NCBI GenBank assembly: GCA_025354795.1
Contig: JANXMF010000216.1
Location: 1,138 to 65,137 of the forward strand
DNA: 64,000 nucleotides
Reading direction: 5' to 3'
Source: Pseudobdellovibrionaceae bacterium
GTDB lineage: Bacteria; Bdellovibrionota; Bdellovibrionia; Bdellovibrionales; UBA1609
Positions 10,313 to 17,271 of the stretch are shown piece after piece. The stretch's first letter is position 1. Each line of letters opens with the position of its first letter. Both the position numbers and the translations under genes were made by a program. Below the pieces are notes generated by a model. That model was not told the DNA's origin. It did no database searches and worked only from the letters and a program-made list of their open reading frames with translations.

Positions 10313-11383
10313 TTATTTTCGTGCAATGACCATGAAGCGTGAAAATTTAAAACCGGAAGCGTAAGCGAACTTCTTGCTGCCCGAAAAATAAATTTCGCGG
10401 CAAGGATAGCGGCCGAGCAAATCGTCGGGCGAAGTGAGCTGCACGACGTGGTCATGATTCGCCATATCGGTGCCCTGAAGCACCACTGTGATTCCTTCGG
10501 GCACCCGCTCCCACCAGGTTGTCTCGGCCAGGTGTTCCAGCGCGCAATTGATCACAATCTGCGCCGGCGGCGAATGATATTTTTCGGGCTCGCTGTAGTT
10601 CAGGCTGTGAATGTCGTGGCAAAGCGCTTTAAATTTCCAGTCCTGCCACTCCCAGGTGTTGAGAAACTGGTCGGCCGTCGCCACTGCGCGGGAGTCGATA
10701 TCAAATGAGCGGATTTTAGCGATGTTCAGGCGCTCGCGCGCGAACAATAAAAACGGCAAAAGCCCGTTCCAGCCACACAGGTGCCACACCACCTGATGCG
10801 GCAAGCTCCGCTCACCGACCACCCGTTCCAGTTCCTGGCAAAGCCACAGCTTGGAAACGATTTGCCCCGATGAAAACGCGTCGGGATCAAAAACATTTTG
10901 CGGCGGTGGCTGAAAAATCGCATAGCAATTGGGCCCAGGCACGAAGTGCTCAAAAGTCCATTCGCCAACTTTCAGAAAACCCACGCGTTGATAAAAATCC
11001 AAGTTGTCCTGGCGGGGCGCGGTCCAAAAGAGTTTGACCGCGGGATGAAGCGCCATCAAGTTTTGCAACAAAGCGCGACCCAAACCTTTTCCCCGGCGCC
11101 CGGGAAGCACGATCAACCCGCGAAGGCGAAAAGTGCCGTCACCGGTCTCAAAGCCGCTCACCGCGCCGACCAATTCGTCACCGTCATAGGCGCCCAGAAA
11201 ATGAACCTGCTTTTCAAGTAGCGACGGCTCTATGCCGCCGCCAAGTTTGATCGCACTGACGGGTAAGATCGGATCCGTCCGCAGCGGCCACAGCTGCGTC
11301 TTCCACAGCGGGAGTACGCTTGCAAAATCGATACTTTTGTAGATGAAATTCACCCCCACATATGGTGGGTCTTTGGTGGACAA
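10313..11383 (-). CDS. GNAT family N-acetyltransferase fused to a Rossmann/methyltransferase-like C-terminal domain
   Basis: The acetyl-CoA binding motif is LIVLPGRRGKGLGRALLQNL. The C-terminal half (VWHLCGWNG...IRSFDIDSRAV...INCALEH) resembles a class I SAM-dependent fold. The TTG start is uncertain. Confidence 0.65.
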   Translation of the reverse strand: MSTKDPPYVGVNFIYKSIDFASVLPLWKTQLWPLRTDPILPVSAIKLGGGIEPSLLEKQVHFLGAYDGDELVGAVSGFETGDGTFRLRGLIVLPGRRGKGLGRALLQNLMALHPAVKLFWTAPRQDNLDFYQRVGFLKVGEWTFEHFVPGPNCYAIFQPPPQNVFDPDAFSSGQIVSKLWLCQELERVVGERSLPHQVVWHLCGWNGLLPFLLFARERLNIAKIRSFDIDSRAVATADQFLNTWEWQDWKFKALCHDIHSLNYSEPEKYHSPPAQIVINCALEHLAETTWWERVPEGITVVLQGTDMANHDHVVQLTSPDDLLGRYPCREIYFSGSKKFAYASGFKFSRFMVIARK

Positions 11384-11466
11384 GTCAACGCTGAAATCCC
11401 ATTCTCAAGCGCGCTGACTCCGACTAAATATTTTTTACTTACGCTGATGATGTGCCACTGGCCCCC

Positions 11467-12214
11467 TTACAAAAGTTGCTCCAACCCTGGGTGCGTGAGT
11501 TGGTGATGGGCTGGTTTACTTTTTGGATCCTTTGCGGACTCTTTCGACTGAGGCCATATCTGAAAACGCCCGCTGCAACTGAGCCATCTTAGCGCCAAGG
11601 CATAGAGCGGAAAAAACTGTATCTTGAAGACATTCAAGCTATCAAACCCATCTTTCACACCAATCACTGGATCTACTGTGCGGACAACATGCGTGCCGAA
11701 GAGGCGGTCCCAGATACAAAGCAGTGCCCCGAAATTTTTCTTAATATACGGCTCATTGTAGGCATGATGCAGATGATGTGAAGCTGGAGTGACAAATGCA
11801 AGATTAAGGATGGGAATGCTGCCAATAAACTCAGTGTGGATGAAATTCTGATAAGCGTTGGGGATTGCAAACGCCTTTCCCGCGATCTCGGCCCCGAGGG
11901 GACTGAAATGCAAAAAATCATCGTCGAAAAGATCGAAGACGCTGACCTTGTCGAGTACCTCCCGCAATGCCCGACGCAGAGACAAGAAAACCACCCCACT
12001 CGGGCTGGCGCAAGAGGTTGGAACTTTTCTTAAGCTCGTGAGCGATCGAGGTGGTGAGTAAGAGTGAGCCGATGCCCAGATTGGGCCGGGCCTCGAGTAT
12101 ATCTTCGAGCTCTGACCCCCCGAGTCCGAGCGCGGAGACCCCTAAAGCCAAAGTTGTCCCTAGAAAGGTTCGTCGCGATGGAGCCATTCCATATTTGAAA
12201 TGACTGAGCTGCAA
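11467..12214 (-). pseudogene. Probable degraded fatty acid hydroxylase / sterol desaturase family gene (frame-disrupted, eroded His boxes)
   Basis: ORF 11467-11994 carries the C-terminal family motifs HFSPLG, FIHTEF, and VTPASHHLHHAY...NFGALLCIWDRLFGTH. The expected N-terminal HxxxH and HxxHH boxes are missing. The N-terminal part lies in a different overlapping frame (11918-12214) that begins with a twin-arginine-like MAPSRRTFLGTTLALGVSALG. Confidence 0.35.
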
Positions 12215-12727
12215 TGAGTCAATGCCTTGAATCGCGGCTCTTTCCTGCGCCTCACGCTGGCCAACGTGACGAACATCAAAGCCTTTCCTTGCGCTGCACT
12301 ATTGCGGTTTTCAATCTCTTCATCAATGACGCCTCCTTTCAAGCGGTGATGAATTCGGTGCGCATTCGCTGAACGCGGCTTAAGCGAAAAAATTCGTAGC
12401 TAAACCAAATTTATTTTGCAAATAGGGAATTTCGCAGTGATACCAGATCACCGCCGCGTTGCGCGCGCGAAGGGGATTGGCGCTAAAGGCGTGCCACGAA
12501 TACGGAGTTACCGCGAATGCCAAAAGCCGATTGTTGAGCGGCGCCACCTTTCATCTTTGTCGTCGCCATGGCGAAATCCTCCTCAATTCCCTTGCAAATG
12601 GCAAGCGCCAAAAAGCCGTGTGTTTTAACGCTCGCTATTAACGTTTGAAATTGAAACGCCAACGTAACATTTCTCGTTGACCTTCGTCTTAAATTGACCC
12701 GGAGGGGTCGCGTTTCACTCGATACCC

Positions 12728-14212
12728 ATGATAATATTGAGCAATAACGTCTCTCTCTTTAAAAACGGGTTGTGCGTGATTCGGCCTCAGCAACATCTTG
12801 GGACTTCGGGATATTCGCTTGTTGAAGTCATGGTGGTGGTTGCGGTTATGACCGTGGTGGCACTTGGCGTCACCTCCATTCTGCAAAACATTACGGTGGC
12901 AACAACCACACAAAAATACACTTCTGAAACCAGCAACTTTAACGAAGAGGTTCGCGCCCTACTCGCCGACCCCGAAGCTTGCCGACGAACTTTTACTAGT
13001 GCGCCTATCGTTTTGGCCTCTCCCATCAATGCGGTCATCAACCAATTGCGCGACGGGCTCAACAATGTGGTGGTGGACACGAACGTCCCGGCCACTGGAG
13101 ATTACGGCGACAACTCCGGCCGGCTGACGAAGATGGTGATCGATACCTATCAAGACACCACTCCTGGCTACGGAGTGGCGGAGTTTCGCCTGTTTTACAC
13201 TCCCAGAGGGGCCGTGCAAGGCACCAGACCTCTCGCTCGGCTCATCATGCTGCAGACTCATAAGAATGCTGGCAACGCGCTCGATCGTTGTGTGCAATTG
13301 GCGAAAATGAGCGATGGCATTTGGCAAATCGTTCCCGCCAACATGCCGTTTGATTCTTTTTTTAGTGGCGGGGCTCTCGGCATTGGTACCACTGCGCCGG
13401 TTGCCGATTTGGATGTACGCGGTCAAGTCGCGTGGGGCGACTCGCTCGGCTCCCTTAGCGTGCTAAACAGTGACCAAGGCGGAAGTATCGAACTGGGAGC
13501 GCCCGACTTAGTCACCAACCCCGTAGCGGTGGCACTGAACGAGCAGCCGGCGATCAACTTTCACTATGGCTATAACGTCATGCCTGGACCAGATGTGCAA
13601 ATTGTCAACCAGACGGCGGTTGATCTCGCCGTGTACACCACCAACGCAGGTCGGGTGCAGGTGGCCAAATTTAATGCACAGAATGGTTTCAACCCATACT
13701 ACATGTCGGTCAACTCGCCAGCTGGGGCGGGTGCGCATAAGCGGCTCGACGTCAACGGTCCGGTGAATCTTTTAGGCGGCGCAAGGTTTTTTGCCGACTA
13801 CATACCCATTTGCTCGGCCGCCGGCTGTGTGCGCATTTCCGATATGCGCCTCAAAGAAAATATCAAACCGTTGAAAAACTCGCTTGCGGCAATTGATAAA
13901 CTCCAGGGCGTGACTTTTGATTGGATTGATCCCGTAAAGTACACCCCGCGAACCCAGGTGGGGATGATCGCGCAAGAGGTTGAGAAAGTTTATCCCGAAG
14001 TGGTGCAGACCGACGGTCTCGTCGGCTACAAATCAATGACTTATGACAATCTGGTCGCACCCGCGATTGAGGCGATAAAAACGCTCTACGAGAATGCCAC
14101 TGGTTTAAAGGCGCGGGTGGACGCGCTCAAAATTAAAAATAAAAAACTGGCGCAAGAGAACGCCGAAATCCAACGCCGCCTCGAGGCTTTGGAAAAGAAA
14201 GTGGGTCGGTAG
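12728..14212 (+). CDS. Type IV pilin-like / tail-fibre-like protein with C-terminal Peptidase S74 intramolecular-chaperone domain (paralog 1 of 3)
   Basis: Prepilin-type motif LGTSG|YSLVEVMVVVAVMTVVALG with Glu at +5. Cys pair C85/C188. Fibre motifs GALGIGTTAPVADLDVRG and QGGSIELGAP..INFHYG. S74 module from ISDMRLKENIKPL (Ser371/Lys376) through GMIAQEVEKVYPEVV, ending in a coiled coil. The start codon and leader length are uncertain. Confidence 0.8.
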   Translation: MIILSNNVSLFKNGLCVIRPQQHLGTSGYSLVEVMVVVAVMTVVALGVTSILQNITVATTTQKYTSETSNFNEEVRALLADPEACRRTFTSAPIVLASPINAVINQLRDGLNNVVVDTNVPATGDYGDNSGRLTKMVIDTYQDTTPGYGVAEFRLFYTPRGAVQGTRPLARLIMLQTHKNAGNALDRCVQLAKMSDGIWQIVPANMPFDSFFSGGALGIGTTAPVADLDVRGQVAWGDSLGSLSVLNSDQGGSIELGAPDLVTNPVAVALNEQPAINFHYGYNVMPGPDVQIVNQTAVDLAVYTTNAGRVQVAKFNAQNGFNPYYMSVNSPAGAGAHKRLDVNGPVNLLGGARFFADYIPICSAAGCVRISDMRLKENIKPLKNSLAAIDKLQGVTFDWIDPVKYTPRTQVGMIAQEVEKVYPEVVQTDGLVGYKSMTYDNLVAPAIEAIKTLYENATGLKARVDALKIKNKKLAQENAEIQRRLEALEKKVGR

Positions 14213-15787
14213 ATGACCAACTTTCAAATTAAACATAGGGCAGCCGGATTTTCACTTATCGAAGCCATGGTCGTGGTGGTGGTCGTTGCCGTCATGGCTC
14301 TTGGGGTCGCCACTCTCTCGCAAAATATCTCGACCACCGCGGCCACTCAGAAATACCTGGTCAATACCAACAATTTTGCCGAAGAGATTCGCGCGCTACT
14401 CAGCGATCCCGCCAATTGCCAACAAACTTTTACCAGTGCTCCCGTAAATCTCGCCGCACTCCCGGTGGGCATTGCCAACGTGCAAGATTCCGCCGGCACC
14501 ATTCGCTACGATACCGCCCTAGGAGCGAATGCCTATGCGGATCGCGCAGGCACATTCACCAGCATGACCCTGGATCAATACAACGATGGGGGCGCCCCAT
14601 TACTTTACGGCACCGCACGCCTCACCCTGATCTTTAGCGCGACCGCGCAAGTTCCTATCAATGGTGGCCAGGCAATCAAGAAGACCATTTTATTGCAAAC
14701 GCACCGAACGCCTGGCTTCATTGTCGATGGCTGTGTAGCTTTGTCCCATATGCAAAGCCGCGTGTTCAATGCGGGCGCCCGCATCGACGAGCGGGTGACC
14801 GGTGCCGCCTGGCAAAACATTATTAATACAACTGACGCGTTTTACAATACGGGCCGGGTGGGGATAAATCTAGGGGTCGATGCCTTCGGAGTTCCCTTAG
14901 CGCCCGCGTATCCGCTCGAAGTGAGGCGAGCACTGGCGGCAGCTTCAGTCGCCTCGCCTGTCATCGCTTGGGGCGATCCCGTGGGTGGTCAAAGTCTGTT
15001 GACTTCCGTGGGAGGCGGAACCATTGAACTGAATGGCTCCCTCCCGGCCGTAGCACCTGCGGTTCCGAGTACGCCTTACGTCGATTTCCACTTTGGAAAT
15101 GGCGCTCCGGAGCAGTTCAATGTTCGGCTCCGCAACACGGCGCGGGGTCGTCTCACCATGGCGAGTGCAACCAAAGCAAGCATCGCCGAATTTCTAACCG
15201 GCACTCACCCTCTCGCCCCAAATCCGAACACCGGGACCCTGATTATCAACGGCACTCCCCTCGACATCTCGACTTACAATCCCTTCTACGCGATGGAAGT
15301 CCGCGGCGATCTCAATGTCAATGGTACGCTTTTCGTATCCAATAATCCCCTGGCTAGTTGCACCAACGCCGGTTGCACCGGAGCCTCCGACATTCGCTTG
15401 AAGAAAAACATCAAACCCCTGACCAATTCCCTCGAGCAGATCTTGCAACTGCGCGGAGTCAGCTACCAGTGGAAAGACAAAGAGCGCTTTGGCAAAGGTC
15501 CACAAATCGGGTTTATCGCCCAAGAGGTTGAAAAAGTTTATCCCCTCCTAGTAGAGACCGACCCGCGTAGCGGCCTCAAATCCGTCAACTATAGCCATAT
15601 GATTGCGCCGGCCGTTGAAGCCATCAAACATTTGCACACCAATTTGATGCGTCTGGAAAGTAAATCGGAACAATTGAGCGCGGATGACGAGCAATTGGCA
15701 CTCGATAATTCCGAACTCAAGAAACGTATTCTGGCGCTCGAAGAAAAAGTGCGCACCCGCAAGGCTGTAGCTCGGAGGAAAAAGTGA
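14213..15787 (+). CDS. Type IV pilin-like / tail-fibre-like protein with C-terminal Peptidase S74 intramolecular-chaperone domain (paralog 2 of 3)
   Basis: The ATG directly abuts the paralog 1 stop. Prepilin-type motif MTNFQIKHRAAG|FSLIEAMVVVVVVAVMALG. Cys pair C69/C174. Fibre motifs GGGTIELNG...PYVDFHFG. S74 module ASDIRLKKNIKPL (Ser392/Lys397)...GFIAQEVEKVYPLLV, ending in a coiled coil. Confidence 0.85.
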   Translation: MTNFQIKHRAAGFSLIEAMVVVVVVAVMALGVATLSQNISTTAATQKYLVNTNNFAEEIRALLSDPANCQQTFTSAPVNLAALPVGIANVQDSAGTIRYDTALGANAYADRAGTFTSMTLDQYNDGGAPLLYGTARLTLIFSATAQVPINGGQAIKKTILLQTHRTPGFIVDGCVALSHMQSRVFNAGARIDERVTGAAWQNIINTTDAFYNTGRVGINLGVDAFGVPLAPAYPLEVRRALAAASVASPVIAWGDPVGGQSLLTSVGGGTIELNGSLPAVAPAVPSTPYVDFHFGNGAPEQFNVRLRNTARGRLTMASATKASIAEFLTGTHPLAPNPNTGTLIINGTPLDISTYNPFYAMEVRGDLNVNGTLFVSNNPLASCTNAGCTGASDIRLKKNIKPLTNSLEQILQLRGVSYQWKDKERFGKGPQIGFIAQEVEKVYPLLVETDPRSGLKSVNYSHMIAPAVEAIKHLHTNLMRLESKSEQLSADDEQLALDNSELKKRILALEEKVRTRKAVARRKK

Positions 15788-17256
15788 AATCGTTAAGACC
15801 CTCCGGTTATTCATTGATAGAATTGTTGGTGGTGGTGGCGATCTCCTCGATAGTCGCGCTCGGTGGAGCGGCTTTGATCCAACGCACCATGACCGCCACT
15901 TCTACCCAGCAACTGCATACCAACGCGGCGGATTTCAAAGAAGAGTTGCGCGCCATGCTCAGTCGCCCCGATGCGTGTTTCAATTCCTTTGGCGGGATTG
16001 TACTCAACGGTGCGACCGATCAACTCTATGCGGCTCTGAACGACGTCGACGGCCTTCATCCGCTGCAAAAGTCTTATATCTCGAATGCAGGCGGGGCGGT
16101 TTCCACCGCGAATCCCATTGAAAATACTTTGAATACTCAAGTCACCCAGTTTCGCCTGCTTAACTATCAGGATCTTCCCAACGTCCCCTCCTATGGCATC
16201 GCCACCCTGCGGATGCTCGTCAACACTCAAGCCCAGGTGGATGGTTCGCAAACACTCACGCGCGACATCGTCATCCGCACGAAAAAGGATGCGGCCAATG
16301 CTTTGGTCTACTGTGTCGCTCAAAGCAAAACGCTGGGGACCATCTGGCAACAGGCGCCAGCACCCAACAATACCGATCTGATTTTCAACGGCGGCGGCGT
16401 TGGCGTCGGCGCGCCTGTTCCGGGGGGCATTCCCTTGAATGTGAGCGCAAGAACCGCGGGCAGTTGGACGCTTGGGTGGGGCGCGGTTGGGGGCGCAACC
16501 CAAAGTGCTTTTATCAATGATCAGGGCGGCTCGATTGAACTGGGCGCTCCCGCCACTCCCTTAACTCCGGCGCAGAACACCGTTGCCAATGGTGCACCGT
16601 ATGTGGACTTCCATACCCCGTCCGCTCCCGCAGTGGATTTCAACATGCGCATCCAAAATAAAGCAGACCAAGTTTTTACCGTGGACTTTCCCTCGGGTGG
16701 AGCCCCGCAGGAGATTGCGCGCTTTCAAGGCAACCTCGGTTTCTCGCAGTTGGGTGTAGGGCTCACGCCATCAGCGGCCTACACGGTCGATGTGGCGCCT
16801 CACATGAATCTCGAAACTGGACTCTTTATCAACAACGTACAGGTGCTCGGCTCCACTGGGCCATGGCCACCCATTTCCGACGCGCGGTTAAAAGAAAAAG
16901 TAAAGCCGCTGGTGGATCCGCTCGGGCACTTGCTAAAAATCCAAGGCTACAGTTTTGAATTTAAGGACAAGGTCCGATTCACTAAGGATCCGCAGATTGG
17001 CTTGATGGCCCAAGAGGTGGAGAAGGTCTACCCCGAAATAGTCATCAACGACAATAGCTCAGGGTTCAAATCAATGACATACGACCGGCTTTTGTCTCCC
17101 CTCGTTGAATCTGTTAAATCTATTTACACGTCGCTCACCGACCTTGAAGGTCAGGTGACCGAACTGGTGGAAAAGCACCGAAAATTGAAAGAAGACAACT
17201 TCGCGTTTAAAAAACGCCTAACGGCACTCGAACAGCAGCTCGCGCAACCTGAATAG
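15784..17256 (+). CDS. Type IV pilin-like / tail-fibre-like protein with C-terminal Peptidase S74 intramolecular-chaperone domain (paralog 3 of 3)
   Basis: The GTG start overlaps the paralog 2 stop (GTGA) and GGAGGA lies 6 nt upstream. Prepilin-type motif MKSLRPSG|YSLIELLVVVAISSIVALG. Cys pair C65/C177. Fibre motifs QGGSIELGAP...PYVDFHTP. S74 module ISDARLKEKVKPL (Ser365/Lys370)...GLMAQEVEKVYPEIV, ending in a coiled coil. Confidence 0.85.
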   Translation: MKSLRPSGYSLIELLVVVAISSIVALGGAALIQRTMTATSTQQLHTNAADFKEELRAMLSRPDACFNSFGGIVLNGATDQLYAALNDVDGLHPLQKSYISNAGGAVSTANPIENTLNTQVTQFRLLNYQDLPNVPSYGIATLRMLVNTQAQVDGSQTLTRDIVIRTKKDAANALVYCVAQSKTLGTIWQQAPAPNNTDLIFNGGGVGVGAPVPGGIPLNVSARTAGSWTLGWGAVGGATQSAFINDQGGSIELGAPATPLTPAQNTVANGAPYVDFHTPSAPAVDFNMRIQNKADQVFTVDFPSGGAPQEIARFQGNLGFSQLGVGLTPSAAYTVDVAPHMNLETGLFINNVQVLGSTGPWPPISDARLKEKVKPLVDPLGHLLKIQGYSFEFKDKVRFTKDPQIGLMAQEVEKVYPEIVINDNSSGFKSMTYDRLLSPLVESVKSIYTSLTDLEGQVTELVEKHRKLKEDNFAFKKRLTALEQQLAQPE

Positions 17257-17271
17257 CAACACGGAACGTAC

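Noticed and set aside
12160-12342. 60-aa ORF, and a 14-codon mini-ORF with an AAAGGAGG SD, at the left edge of the non-coding stretch
   Set aside because: It overlaps the putative pseudogene 5' region and has no recognisable features. It probably belongs to the decayed locus.
12470-12500. Sigma54-like TGGCGC...GCGTGCC element upstream of the fibre operon
   Set aside because: It lacks the TTGC -12 element at the correct spacing, so it is not a credible -24/-12 promoter.
15811-16503. Long antisense or alternative-frame ORFs inside strong genes. Examples are 15811-16503, 17466-18359, 19069-19650, 2995-3681, 3665-4078, 7026-7565, 21590-22072, 41514-42110, 27073-27678 and 28556-29026.
   Set aside because: Each lies fully within a gene carrying clear family motifs on the other strand or frame. 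Their translations are Arg/Ala/Pro/Gly-rich low-complexity sequence, typical of shadow ORFs in GC-rich coding DNA.
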